The notes under the pieces: generated by a model | The model's database searches: none | What the model saw: only the letters and a program-made list of their open reading frames with translations | What the model was told of the DNA's origin: nothing | Program-made: the position numbers and the translations under genes | Shown: positions 53,006-63,902 of the stretch, one piece after another | Layout of the letters: every line of letters begins with the position of its first letter | How positions within the stretch are numbered: position 1 is the first letter of the stretch | Origin: an uncultured Verrucomicrobiae bacterium | GTDB lineage: Bacteria > Verrucomicrobiota > Verrucomicrobiia > Limisphaerales > UBA11358 | Reading direction: 5' to 3' | NCBI GenBank assembly: GCA_963764035.1 | Contig: CAVXQV010000011.1 | Span: forward strand, 105,042 to 169,041 | DNA: 64,000 nucleotides

Positions 53006-54112
53006 TCAGACGTTGAACTTGAAGAGCAGCACGTCGCCGTCTTTTACGACGTATTCCTTGCCTTCCATCCGGTAAAGGCCCTTTTCGCGCGCGGCGGCGA
53101 CGGAGCCGCATTTCACCAAATCGTCGTAGGCCACGGTCTCGGCCTTGATGAAGCCGCGCTCGAAATCGGAATGGATCACGCCCGCCGCCTTGGGCGCGGT
53201 GTCGCCGGCGTGAATCGTCCAGGCGCGGACCTCCTTTTCGCCGGCGGTCAGGTAAGTCCGCAGGCCGAGCAGGTGATAGGTGGCGCGGATGAGCTGGCCG
53301 ATGCCGGATTCCTCCACGCCGAGTTCCTTGAGAAATTGTTTCGCTTCGTCGGGCGAGAGGTCAATCAGGTCGCTCTCGATTTGCGCGCTGATGACGACGG
53401 CTTCGCAGGCGAGGTGCGTTTTGACGTAATCGCGCACCTTGAGGACAAATGGATTTTTGTCGGCGGTGGCCAGATCGCCTTCCTTCACGTTGCAGGCGAA
53501 AATCGTCGGGCTTGTCGGTGAGCAGGAAGAAAGCCCCTGGCCATCGCTTTTTCGTCCGGTGAGAGCTGGACGGTCAAGGCGAGTTTGCCGGAGTTGAGAA
53601 CCGGTTCAAATTTCGCGAGCACGGCGTCCTCGGCCACGGCGGCCTTTTCGCCGCGCTTCACGTCCTTGGCGAGTTTCTCGCGGCGTTTCTTGATGTTGTC
53701 GAGGTCGGCGATGACCAGTTCGGTGTTGATGATCTCGATGTCGCGGACGGGGTCAATCGTGCCGGTGACGTGGATGAATGTCCGCGTCCTCGAAGCAGCG
53801 GACGACCTGGACGATGGCGTCCACTTCGCGGATGTGGGAGAGGAATTTGTTGCCGAGGCCTTCGCCGTCGCTCGCGCCCTTGACGAGGCCGGCGATGTCC
53901 ACGAATTCAATGGCCGCCGGGATGATGACGGTGGTTTTGGCGATCTTGGCGAGCGGTTCGAGCCGCGGGTCCGGCACGGTGACGACGCCGACGTTCGGGT
54001 CGATGGTGCAAAAGGGATAATTCGCCGCCTCGGCCTTGCGCGTGCGCGTGACGGCGTTGAACAGCGTGGATTTGCCCACGTTGGGCAGTCCGACGATTCC
54101 GGCTTTGAGCAT
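53006..54112 (-). CDS. ychF: Ribosome-binding ATPase YchF (Obg-like); frame broken twice
   Basis: G1 [15 protein letters not shown] and [10 protein letters not shown], followed by the TGS/C-terminal domain [30 protein letters not shown]. The pieces lie in ORFs 53753..54112, 53485..53910 and 53006..53488. Confidence 0.9.
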
Positions 54113-54175
54113 AATTAGTTACCGCAAAGGGGAAGAATAAACCACGAAGGCGCGCCGGGACAAAGCAATTTGTTT

Positions 54176-54837
54176 TCACATTCGGTGATGCGAGAGCTGC
54201 CGGGCGAGCTGCCAGACGATGTGCCCGCCGTCAATGAGGCCCAGGGTCACCAGGCAAAGGCCGGAGAGATGCTGCATGCGCAACAGCGTCTGTTCGCTGA
54301 ACCAGCCGTGGCCGCGCGACACGGCATAGCTGAACGCGCAAAACCAGGTGTTCATGCCCAGCGCCGCGCCGACGACGCACGCGGTCTTGGCGGCGAACGT
54401 GTCGTCCACCCAGTCATGGGCGATGAAGTTCGCGGCGAGGACAATCCACATCAGCAGGACGCCGAGGTTGCCCATCACGCGCACAAACCCGATCAGAACG
54501 CCGAGTGCGGATGCAGTTTTTGCCCAGCCGCGCCTCGATTTTTTCCGAGGCGGCATCGAGCTTGGTCGGCACGGTCACGGTCTTGGCCAGAGAAATTTCC
54601 CGCCGATAAACAGCAGAAAAACGAAGCTGAACACCTCCATAGAGCGCCTTGACGATGGGGCTGCCAAAGAAAGTGGAAAAGCTGGTGAACGAGATCGATG
54701 CAGTAAATCACCTCCATCGCCGACGCGCCCAGGCCGATGAGCAGCGCCCATTTGAACCCGCGCTGCGCGCCCTCGTTGAGGATGGTGAGGTTGATCGGCC
54801 CGACGGAAATGGACGAGAACAGGAGCGCCGACGACAT
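54176..54837 (-). CDS. LysE/RhtB-type translocator-like membrane protein; frame broken at least once
   Basis: The hydrophobic pieces lie in ORFs 54493..54933 (LLFSSISVGPINLTILNEGAQRGFKWALLIGLGASAMEVIYC) and 54176..54556. The family call is tentative. Confidence 0.45.
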
Positions 54838-54886
54838 ATCCGGCGAGCGCCGCGGCGTCAAAATGGCTGGCAGTTCGGACATCGAT

Positions 54887-55757
54887 TCAATGCGCCGCGC
54901 CCGGCTCGTCGTCGTCTTCCTCCTCGATTTCACGCCGCCAGGCGCGCGAGAGGCTCGGCCGCACGAAACCGTAAATCAGATAAAGCGTGAAGAACGCCGG
55001 CAGCACGTAATAAAGAATCTTCTCGCGCAAAATCAGGATGCAGCCGACGAACAGGGCCACGCCGATGGCTTTGATGAACGTGTTTTGCGAGCGCAGTCCG
55101 AGCGATTTGAAGCTGGGATACCGCACCGTGCTGACCATCATCGCCGACAGGAACACCAGCACGAACGCGATGAGATAATTCCAGTTGCCGAGGCTCTTTT
55201 CCTTTTCGTTGAAATGAATGATGAGCAGCGTCAGCGACGCGACCAGCCCGGCGGCGGACGGAATGGGAAAGCCGAGAAAATCCTTGCCGGCGCCGGGCAG
55301 GTTCATCGCGGAGAGGCAATTGAATCGCGCCAGCCGGAACGCGCCGCAGAGCAGGTAAATCGAGGCGATGAACCAACTGATGCGGCGGTAATCCTCGGGG
55401 AAAACATCGGCCAGCACGACGCGTTGGACGAGAAACGCCGGCGCAACGCCGAAGGAAACCAGGTCGGCGAGCGAATCGAATTCGCGGCCGAACGGGCTTT
55501 CCACGCCGCCCATGCGCGCCACGCGGCCGTCGAACAAATCGAAAATGCACGCGAGCAAGATGAACGCCAGCGCCAGTTTGATGGGCAGCCAGTCAACGTG
55601 GCCCATACTGTCGGGCGTGAGATCCGCGTCCACGATCTTCGTCAGCGCCACGAAACCGCAGAACAGATTGCCCGCCGTGAGCAGGTTCGGCAGAAAATAA
55701 ATCTTCAGCTTCTCGTCCGGATTGTCCGGCGCGGGCTTGGGAAATCGGTTCGCTCAT
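54887..55757 (-). CDS. pssA: CDP-diacylglycerol--serine O-phosphatidyltransferase; one frame break at a CCC run near 55738
   Basis: CDP-alcohol phosphatidyltransferase motif DLFDGRVARMGGVESPFGREFDSLADLVSFGVAP. The N-terminus MSEPIS then KPAPDNPDEKLKIYFLPNLLTAGNLFCGF lies one frame off. Confidence 0.85.
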
Positions 55758-55759
55758 AT

Positions 55760-56450
55760 TCAGTCAAACGAGGCAATCACCGTTTCGCCGCCCTTCACCT
55801 TGTCGCCGAGATTGACGCGGATTTTGGCGCGCAGCGGCAGGTAAACGTCCACGCGCGAGCCGAATTGGATGAGGCTGATGCGTTCGCCGCGCTGGACGGC
55901 GTCGTTTTGGGCGACCCACGGCACGATGCGGCGCGCGATGAGGCCGGCGATGAGCCGCACGCCGATTTTTTCGCCGCCCGGCTCGCTGGCGTCGAGGCCG
56001 ATGAGCACGTTTTCGTTGAACTTCGCGCTGTCGGTCTTCATCGCGTTCAGATACTGGCCGGGCGTGTGCTTGAAAAGCGCCGACGCGGCCCGTCACCGGC
56101 GCGTTTTGCACGTGAACGTCAAACACGGAAAGAAAAATCGAGACGCGCCGGCATTCGCCGCCCATGAAATCCGGCTCGGTGGTCGTGTCAATCACGTCCA
56201 CCTTGCCGTGGCCGGGCGAGACGACGAGATCCTTGCCGGTCGGCACCAGCGGGTCGGGGTCGCGGAAGAAATAGAACGTGAACCCGGCGAACAGCGCCCA
56301 CAGCGAAACCAAAACCCACTTCAGATATGCGAGAACGAAGGTGCCGATGATCTTGCCCAGAAACGCCGCGGCCAGCAGCGCGGCGAGCGCCGCGCAACCC
56401 AAGGCCGATGAGTTTCAGCGCGGCGAGCGCGGCTTTTCCCGAGTGTTTCA
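55760..56450 (-). CDS. psd: Phosphatidylserine decarboxylase proenzyme (short type); frame broken about twice
   Basis: Motifs: FFRDPDPLVP, VVSPGHGKVDVI, VSIFLSVFDVHVQNAPVTG, and LIQFGSRVDVYLP at the cleavage-site region. The pieces lie in ORFs 55764..56402, 55760..56041 and 56188..56628. The GTG start at 56450 is tentative. Confidence 0.8.
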
Positions 56451-56522
56451 CGCGGGCAAGAGTAAAATTTCCGGACGGCACTTGCAATTCGGCATTTTCG
56501 GTGCAAGTTAAGCGGCAACAAA

Positions 56523-56592
56523 TCGTCCTCGTCGTCGTCCTCGTCCTCGTAATCGAAAACAAAAATCGAGGACGAGATCGAGAACGAGGAGG
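56523..56592. repeat. REP-like long hairpin (TCGTCC)n ... (GAGGACGAG)n, copy 2
   Basis: TCGTCCTCGTCGTCGTCCTCGTCCTCGTAATCGA AAACAAAA ATCGAGGACGAGATCGAGAACGAGGAGGA. Compare 8151..8215. Confidence 0.8.
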
Positions 56593-56614
56593 AAAATAAA
56601 CGAAAGAGAAAATT

Positions 56615-57059
56615 ATGTCATTGCACACACCTGATTTGACGAAGTTCCCGCCGCGCAGCCCGCGCGTGCGGCTGGGCGGTTACGTGATTCTGCCGCGCTG
56701 CCTCGACAAGGGCCGCGCGACGCTGGCCGGCAAGAACGGCGAGTATCATTACGCCTGCCCGCTCGACCAGGATTTCCTGGAATTTGCCGGCATTGATCCC
56801 GAGGAACTGAAAAAGCAGCTTGGCAAAAGCGACAGCGAGGTTTTGGAATGGATCAGCGCCAACGCGAAGCACAAGCACACCGCCGGCGGAAATCGCCGCG
56901 TGGTCGGCGTTGCGGAACAGAGCGCGCCGGACAGTCCCGGAATCGCGCGAGCATTTCAACGAAATCCACAAAAACGCCGCGCCCAAACGCGCGGACATCG
57001 CCTCCTGGTTTGACTTGCTGGATTTGGACGACTACGTGAGCTTTGGCGGGAAAGCCTGA
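56615..57059 (+). CDS. DUF5069-family protein; one frame break near 56885
   Basis: PRSPRVRLGGYVILPRCLDKGRATLAGKNGEYHYACPLDQDFLEFAGID. After the slip it continues AEIAAWSALRNRA...SWFDLLDLDDYVSFGGKA*. Confidence 0.7.
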
Positions 57060-57074
57060 AAGCTCCGGTCAATC

Positions 57075-57150
57075 GTAGCGGCGGTCGGCAGACCGCCGCA
57101 TTTCTTTCTTGAGATTTGAACAATGCGGCTCTCTGCCGAGGAGCCGCTAC
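57075..57150. repeat. Long imperfect hairpin (8 bp / internal loop / 7 bp / internal loop / 7 bp, with a 21-nt loop)
   Basis: GTAGCGGCGGTCGGCAGACCGCCGCAT ... ATGCGGCTCTCTGCCGAGGAGCCGCTAC. It lies between two copies of the DUF5069 gene 3' end (57032..57062 and 57147..57177, 28/31 identical). A second strong hairpin lies at 57200..57235. Confidence 0.75.
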
Positions 57151-57264
57151 GCGAGCTTTGGCAGCAAAGCCTGAAAGAATTTACGATTGGCGATTGACGA
57201 TTTACGAGCGCGGGAAATTCGCCCGCCTCGTAAATCCGTCGTGGCAGCGGGAACGGCGAGACGA

Positions 57265-57692
57265 TTGCAGCCTATCCTTATATTAGACGCCCCCCGTTCT
57301 TCCGCTGGGGTCCACGAACGGAAATCTTTTCCGTAGGTCGTCCAAAGATGAGACGTGGCGACTCGACACCAAGCTGGTAGCTTCAGCTAGCGCGACACCG
57401 ATAGGATCAACACTTGGATCAGGAGCGCAGTTACGACGCAGAGTGAATGTTTCCGCACCGCGCTTGAGACCGAGCCAGCGCCTCGGGCTTGGTGTAACAA
57501 TGGGTTCCAGCCATACTCCGTCGGCGTCGTAAAACACAATGACTCCTGACTCAACGTCACGAGAGTAGGAACCCCATTCCCGAAGAAGCTGGTCCTCGTC
57601 TTCGAACAGTCTCACTTCGCCGTATTCAAGAACGCCGATGATCATCTTTTAGCGTCTAACTGATAATGGTCAGCATGATATTCCGTCTATCC
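57265..57692 (-). mobile_element. Integron-cassette-like unit C3: one ORF between attC-like left and right elements
   Basis: On the minus strand, the left element 57692..57651 reads GGATAGACGGAATATCATGCTGACCATTATCAGTTAGACGCT, 29/41 identical to 2821..2861. The right element 57290..57265 reads GCGTCTAATATAAGGATAGGCTGCAA. The 9-nt ends TTAGACGCT/AGCGTCTAA are perfect inverted repeats and differ from those of C1 in a compensating way. Confidence 0.5.
57283..57645 (-). CDS. Hypothetical protein (cassette ORF, 120 aa)
   Basis: The ATG lies 8 nt after GTTAGAC+GCT. The TAA stop lies inside the GTCTAAT box. GC is lower than the flanks. I do not recognise a family. Confidence 0.6.
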   Translation of the reverse strand: MIIGVLEYGEVRLFEDEDQLLREWGSYSRDVESGVIVFYDADGVWLEPIVTPSPRRWLGLKRGAETFTLRRNCAPDPSVDPIGVALAEATSLVSSRHVSSLDDLRKRFPFVDPSGRTGGV

Positions 57693-57762
57693 TAAATTGC
57701 GGGGCAAACCTATTTCCGCTGCAAATTCTGTCAAGCCAGTTTCTTTAATCAGATTTAAAGAG

Positions 57763-59634
57763 TCAAACCTGCGGCTGAGCTTCCGCCGGAGCGGCGGGCG
57801 GGGCCACGGGCGCCTCGCTTTTCCACGCCTCGATTTTTTCGATGCGGTGCCGGTGTTTCGCGCCGTGAAATTCAAATTCCACTTCCTCGCCGACTTTGTG
57901 GTTCAGCAGCGCCGCGCCGACGGGCGAGAGGTAGCTGATGACGCCCTTGTCCGGGTCGGAATCCCACGCGCCCAGAATCGTGAACGTCTCCGGCTGGTTC
58001 GTGCCGAGGTCGGTGGCCAGCACGACGCTGCCGATGGCGACGGCGTCGGTCGTGGTGTTGGAGAAATCCGTGCCGCGGGCGCGCATGAGCTGCGCTTCCA
58101 GTTCCTGTTTTTGGCGCATGAGGACTTTCTGCATTTCCTTGGCGGCCTTGAATTCGTGGTTTTCGCGCAAGTCGCCGTAGCTGCGGGCGATGGCGATTTC
58201 CTTCGAGTTGGCCGGGATTTTCTTCTGCACGAGATCCTGATACTCGACGCGGCGGCGTTCGAGGCTGTCCCACGAAACGAGCAGCGAGCTCTCCTGCTTG
58301 GTCTGCTCGCCGGTGATGAGCGACTGGATGGCGGGATGCGCCTTGACGAGCCGCGCGAGCAGCGACCGCTTGTCCATGTCGTCGAACACGGTCGAAAGTT
58401 GCAGCGCGCGCGTCAAATCCTTGATGACCTCGATGTCGGCGGACGCGGTCAGTTCGCCGAGCAATTCCTGGTCGTCGAGGATGAATTCGCGCAGGCGGTT
58501 GGAGCGTTTCTCGTTGAACTGGTCGCGTTCCATCGCCGTGAGCATGGCGCGGAACACTTCCGGGCCGAGGATGTCGGCGAAGGAATCGTTGCGGTCGCGG
58601 CCGAGCCAGAGCAGCAATTCGCTGCCGGCGGTGTGCTGGCTGACGAGCCGCGCCAGCGTTTCCTTGAGCGAATCCATCTTGCCGCCCTGGATGAGCAGGC
58701 TGGCCAGCTCGCGGCATAATTTCGCGGAAACGGCATTCAGCGCGCCGCGCACCATTTCCTGCCAGCGGTCGGGGTTCGCCGCCTTGAACGATTCCAGCGC
58801 GCGATGATGTTTGGCGGCGGGAACTAGTTCGAGCACCGGGCCGAACTTGACGCCGTCCTGCAGCCAGATTTGCGCGTCGGTGATTTCATCCGCGGCGCGG
58901 GCGGCAGTCCCGCGGCGGCGCGCAATTCGTCGCGCGCAAACACCGCCTCCAGCGCGACCGCCGGCTGCGTGCGCTGGTGCGACACGATGTCCGCGTTCAA
59001 GCGCCGTGATGATTTCATTGGCCGCCGCCGCCTTGTCGGTCAAATCCGAAGCCATCTTGAGAACTTCCGCGACCACCAGAATGCGCGCCCTCAATCCCTT
59101 GGCCGCGCGGAAATCCGCCAGCACGCGGTCCTGCAGCGACGTTTCCTGCGCCTGAAACACGACCGGCTCGGTCTTTTTCGTCGGCACGATGAAGTGGCCG
59201 TCTTTTTTCATCTCGCGCTTGGCGGTTTCCCACCATTTCCGCCAGTCGTCGCGGATGACATCGGGCACGAGCACCTGCTGGATCTGGTCCGCCGTCGCCC
59301 GGCCGCCGAAGCTGTTCAGCACCACCTTGATCAAATCGAGGTGATGCGCGGCCAGTTGGCGGACGGCTTCGAGGTCGTTGGTCTTGCGGGCGAGGATGTG
59401 GTCCTTGGGAATCGGCTTGAGCGTTTCGGCGGCGAACGCCAAATCCATCGTGTGCCCCGGCTTGCCGGGGAAATCAATCGTGAACCGCGCGAACACCGTG
59501 TCCACCGTCTTGATTTTGCCGAAACCCCAGCTCCGGTGCATGCAGCAGCCGCCTTCCGCCAGTTTGGTCAGCGGTTCGACATGGCGTCCCTCGATTTTTC
59601 CCGCCGCCGCCAATTTTTCAAATTCTTCTCTCAT
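57763..59634 (-). CDS. Large GreA/GreB C-terminal-domain protein with a ~470-aa N-terminal extension; probable compensated double frameshift around 58900-59010
   Basis: C-terminal motifs: IARSYGDLRENHEFKAAKEMQ ... FTILGAWDSDPDKGVISYLSPVGAALLNHKVGEEVEF. The Arg/Gly-rich stretch ERGHRVAPAHAAGGRAGGGVCARRIARRRG reads sensibly in the frame of ORF 58824..59018 (NADIVSHQRTQPAVALEAVFARDELRAAAGL). Confidence 0.75.
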   Translation of the reverse strand: MREEFEKLAAAGKIEGRHVEPLTKLAEGGCCMHRSWGFGKIKTVDTVFARFTIDFPGKPGHTMDLAFAAETLKPIPKDHILARKTNDLEAVRQLAAHHLDLIKVVLNSFGGRATADQIQQVLVPDVIRDDWRKWWETAKREMKKDGHFIVPTKKTEPVVFQAQETSLQDRVLADFRAAKGLRARILVVAEVLKMASDLTDKAAAANEIITALERGHRVAPAHAAGGRAGGGVCARRIARRRGTAARAADEITDAQIWLQDGVKFGPVLELVPAAKHHRALESFKAANPDRWQEMVRGALNAVSAKLCRELASLLIQGGKMDSLKETLARLVSQHTAGSELLLWLGRDRNDSFADILGPEVFRAMLTAMERDQFNEKRSNRLREFILDDQELLGELTASADIEVIKDLTRALQLSTVFDDMDKRSLLARLVKAHPAIQSLITGEQTKQESSLLVSWDSLERRRVEYQDLVQKKIPANSKEIAIARSYGDLRENHEFKAAKEMQKVLMRQKQELEAQLMRARGTDFSNTTTDAVAIGSVVLATDLGTNQPETFTILGAWDSDPDKGVISYLSPVGAALLNHKVGEEVEFEFHGAKHRHRIEKIEAWKSEAPVAPPAAPAEAQPQV

Positions 59635-59685
59635 AATAGAATCGTATTTTCCCCGTCACGGACTCACAATGCTCCATTAAACGCG

Positions 59686-61102
59686 ATGAACGGACAAAAT
59701 CCAAGAGAAATTGCGGCGAGAGTTTTGCGGCAGCGGCGCGCCGGCGGCGAATTTACGGAGACTTTGCTGGAACGCGCGCTGGCGGGCGCGCGGCTTTCGC
59801 CCGCCGACCGCGGGCTTTGCCAGGAACTGGTTTATGGCGTCGTCCGCTGGCAGGCCGCGCTCGACTGGCTCATCGCGCGGAAAACCGAGCGGCCGCGAGC
59901 AAAACGCCGGCCTGCAAAACCTGCTGCGCCTCGGCCTCTACCAGATTTTCTGGCTCGACCGGATTCCCGACCACGCCGCCGTCCATGAAACCGTCGAACT
60001 CGCCAAACACAGCGGCTTCGGCCCGCAGGCGGGATTTGTGAACGCCATCTTGCGCGGCTATTTGCGCGAGCACGAAGCAGACCCGGAAGCTGCTGGCCGA
60101 ATTGAAGAAATCCCTGCCTGCCATCGGGTTGCTCGCATCCCGAATGGCTGGTGGAAAAATGGCGCGCCCGTTTTGGCGACGATCAAAACAGCGCAATTGC
60201 TGGAATGGAACAACACGCCGCCGAAAACGTTTGCGCGGGTCAATGCGCTGAAGGCAGGGTCGGCGCGCTGCGCCGACCGGACGCCGCACGCGGCGTCCCC
60301 ACCAAAATGGAAAATGCCGGCGATTTGCTCGCCCGCTGGCGCGAGGAAAATGTGGAATATGATTTCGTCCGGCGCGACTGGCTGGAGGAAAATCTGGTCT
60401 TCGAGCTGAAATCGCATCCGTCGCTGAATTCGCTCGCAAGTTTCCGCGACGGCTGGTTTTACGTTCAGGACCCCGGCACGCTGCTGGCGCGTGACGGAAC
60501 TCGAGTCCGCAGCCCGGCGAAACGATTCTGGATTTGTGCGCCGCGCCCGGCGGCAAGACCACGTTCATCGCGCAACTCATGCGCAATGAGGGCAAAATCG
60601 TGGCCTGCGATGTTTCCGAAGACCGGTTGAAATTGCTTCGCGAAAATTGCGGACGCCTCGGCGTCACCTGCGTCGAAACGATTTTATCTTCGGCCTTCAG
60701 CCTTCAGCCTTCAAGTCTTTGACCGGATTTTGGTGGACGCGCCCTGTTCCAACACCGGCGTGCTGCGCCGGCGCGTGGATTTGCGCTGGCGGATTACACC
60801 GGCGGAAATTTCACGGCTGCAGCAGACGCAACTGGAGTTGCTCAAGCTCGCCGCGACGAAACTGAAGCCCGGCGGCGTTCTGGTTTACAGCACGTGCAGC
60901 CTGGAACCGGAGGAAAATGCCGAAGTGGTGAAGGAATTTCTCGCCGCGCACCCGCAATTTCAAACTGGAAGCCGAGCGTGAGTTGCTGCCATTTGCGGAC
61001 AACGTGGACGGCGCGTTGATGTTGCGCCGGCTCGAAATGCGCCTGCAACGCAGGACCGGCGCGACGGTTAATGCTCGCCCGTACATCCCCATGATCTGGT
61101 AG
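59686..61102 (+). CDS. rsmB: 16S rRNA (cytosine-C5)-methyltransferase RsmB/Sun-like; frame broken at least 6 times; 3' end uncertain
   Basis: A NusB-like N-terminus (PREIAARVLRQ...LCQELVYGVVRWQAALDW) is followed by FVNAILRGYL, GWFYVQDPGT, CAAPGGKTTFIAQL, VDAPCSNTGVLRRRVDLRWR and LVYSTCSLEPEENAEVV. The fragments are spread over several ORFs between 58870 and 60981. Confidence 0.82.
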
Positions 61103-61854
61103 CCGCAATCCACGTAAATCACCTGGCCGGTGATGGCCGCCGCGCCGTCGCTGGCGAGAAATGTTCCGGTCGCGCCGAGTTCCTCCGGCACGACATTGCG
61201 TTTCAGCGGCGAGTGGGCTTCGTAATGCTTGAGCATTTCGCTGAAGCCGGCGATGCCGCGCGCGGCCAGCGTGTTGACCGGGCCGGCGCTGATGCAGTTG
61301 ACGCGGATTTTTTTCGGGCCGAGGTCGTAGGCGAGATAGCGCGTGCTGGCTTCGAGCGCGGCCTTGGCCACGCCCATGACGTTGTAATGCGGCACGACCT
61401 TTTCCGCGCCGTAATAACTCATCGCCACGATGCTGCCGCCGTCGGTCATCAGCGGCGCGGCGGCGCGGGCCAGCGCGACGAGCGAATAGGCGCTCACGTC
61501 GTGCGCCACGCGAAACGCTTCGCGGCTGGTGTTCACAAATTCGCCTTCCAGCGCGTCCTTGGGCGCAAACGCGACGGAATGCAGGAGCAGATTCAATTTG
61601 CCAAATTTTTCGCCGACGGTTCGTTGAAAACGCTGGCGATTTCTTCGTCCTTGGTCACGTCGCACGGCAGAATCAGCGTGTCGGCGCCAAACGTGCCGGC
61701 GAGTTCCGTCGACATTTTCCTTGAGCCGCTCGCCCTGGTAGGTGAAGGCGAGTTTCGCGCCTTCCCTGGCCCACGCCTGCGCGATGGCCCAGGCGATGGA
61801 GCGTTTGTTGGCGACGCCGAAGACGATTCCGGTTTTCCCTTCAAGCAATGGCAT
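61068..61854 (-). CDS. fabI: Enoyl-[acyl-carrier-protein] reductase FabI; compensated double frameshift around 61600-61700; 3' end uncertain
   Basis: Motifs: GKTGIVFGVANKRSIAWAIA, LLLHSVAFAP, MSYYGAEKVVPHYNVMGVAKAALE, IRVNCISAGPV. The out-of-frame patch reads correctly in ORF 61593..61844 (ELAGTFGADTLILPCDVTKDEEI). The TAA at 61068 is reached only after a 1-nt slip; otherwise the ORF runs on to 60811. Confidence 0.85.
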
Positions 61855-61923
61855 AAAGTTCGTTAAAGCGATGAATAATCGATTTGTTAAGGCGCGCAAG
61901 CGTAGGCAAAACGCCCCGGCGTT

Positions 61924-63767
61924 TCAACTCCGTAAACGCTTCAGCGGTTGGTCTTGAAATAAAGCTCCTCGGCGTTCCAAGTGACGCGGTAATAGTCCAA
62001 CGCCGTGGGACGCACGTTGCCGATGTCCGAGCGAATGGCGCGCGTAATAAATCGGCGTGACGGTGAAAATCATCGGCTGTTGCTCGGCGAGGATTTCCTG
62101 AACTTCGTCAAAATCCTTTTTTCGTTCGGCAAAATCCAGCGTCTTCATTTGCGCATCCATCAAGTGGTCAATGCGCGCTTCCCAGTCGGTGGAAGGCGTT
62201 TTCTCGCGCGGAAACCATGATGGGTGAAGCCGCTGGATTTGAGGACGTTCATGTTGGACGCCGGGTCCGTGCTGCCGCCGCCCAAGCCCAGCAGGATGCA
62301 GTCGTAATCGTAGGTGACGTCACATTTTGTTGACGAGCGTGTTGAATTCAATCGGCTGAAAAATGACTTTGAAGCCGAGCTTTTCCAAATCGGACTGGAT
62401 GAGCACGGCGCATTTTTTCGCGCGTGTCGTTGCCGGTGTTGGTGTTGAGCACAAATTCAATCTGATTGCCGTCGGCGTCGGTCAGAAAATTCCGTCGCCG
62501 TTGCGGTTTTTCGATGCCGATTTCCTTCAGCAACTCCAGCGCCTTGGCCGGGTCGTAGGGATATTTTTGATGTTCGGGTCATACCATTTTTTGTTGCCGG
62601 GCGTGACGAAACCGTAATTCGGCACCGGCCCGGCCGGAATAGACGGACTTGATGATGGCGTCGCGGTTAATGGCATACGAGCAGGCCTGGCGGAATTTCG
62701 TGTTGCGAAACCATTTCAATTTGACCGGGTCCACATAGCGGCTTGCCGGTCTTGGGATTCACGTTGGTGTTTTCGTTGAACCAGAAAAACGTCGTTTCCA
62801 GACCGATGCCCGGTTCTACCAGTTTGAATTTGCCTTTGGCGGCCGCCGCCTTGAATTGGTCGTAGTCGTCCGGCGTAAATGAAGTCCATCCGCGTCGCTC
62901 TCGCCGCTCAAGAAAACGCAGGACATGCGCGTTCATGTCCGGCACCACGGTGTAAATAACGTTGTCGAAATACGGCAGCCGCGTGCCGTTGGTATCCACC
63001 TCGCAAAAATAGGGATTGCGTTCCAGCAGGGTGTATTGCGCCGGCTTGTATTCCTTGAGCTGAGAACGGCCCGCTGCCGACGATGTCCTGCGGCTTCCAA
63101 TTGACGCCGTAGGCGGAAGTGAACGTTCCGTCCGCGACGGATTTGGCCAGAATGTGTTTGGGCAGGACCGGCACGCCCGCGCCGAAATTGTCCAGAAACG
63201 GCGCGAAAATATCCGGCGTGACCACTTGAATGGTCAGATCGTCCACCTTGGTCACCGTGAAGTCTTTTCCGTCCACGCTGCAAGGCGTCGCGCGATGACG
63301 TTGTTGATGTTCGTGTTGTAAATCAAATCGTTGCAAGTGAACACCACGTCGTCCGCCGTCAGCGGCTCGCCGTCGCTCCAGCGCAGATTTTTCCGCAGGT
63401 GGAACGTCCACGTTTTGCCGTCCGGCGAATTGGTCCACCAGTCGGCCAGGCCGGGCTCGACCTGCTTGCGTGGGCGCGTCGAAGCCGAGCAGTCGAGGCG
63501 AACATGAGCCGGATAAATGTCCATGGAAGACTGCTCATTGGCGGTGATGGGATTGAAGGTCTTCGGGATCGCCAGACGCTCGGCGACGACCAGCCGTCCG
63601 CCCGGATTGCCCGGCTGGCAATCGTGCCACCAGCGGCGGCTCGGGCAGCGGATAACTCAGCGGCGGATTTTTCCGGCGCGGTTTCCGGGTTTCTTGCCGC
63701 AACCGGAAAGACAAATAAGCGCCGCCGCGAAAACGCAGGCCGCTACCAATGAATTTTTCATGCGCAT
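61924..63767 (-). CDS. ABC transporter substrate-binding protein, family 5 (peptide/nickel type) lipoprotein; frame broken at least 7 times
   Basis: Lipoprotein signal MRMKNSLVAACVFAAALICLSGC. Later motifs: WTFHLRKNLRWSDGEPLTADDVVFT, VLPKHIL, YFDNVIYTVVPDMNA, FFWFNENTN. The fragments lie in ORFs 63252..63524, 62908..63438, 62667..62999, 62348..62533, 62160..62351 and 61924..62163. Confidence 0.78.
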
Positions 63768-63831
63768 CGTTTGACCTTTGAAAGCATTCCGCTTCCCTTG
63801 CTCAAAGTCGAGTTTTGAATTGTCGGATCAA

Positions 63832-63902
63832 CGTTCGGAGTTCCGCCTTCAGGCGGTCGTGGAACCCGGCTGGCTCCGCCGCGTGAACGCGGAACTCCAA
63901 AC
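63832..63902. repeat. REP-like nested hairpin
   Basis: GTTCGGAGTTCCGC at 63832..63845 pairs with GCGGAACTCCAAAC at 63889..63902. An inner CCGCCTTCAGGCGG hairpin lies between them. Confidence 0.7.
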
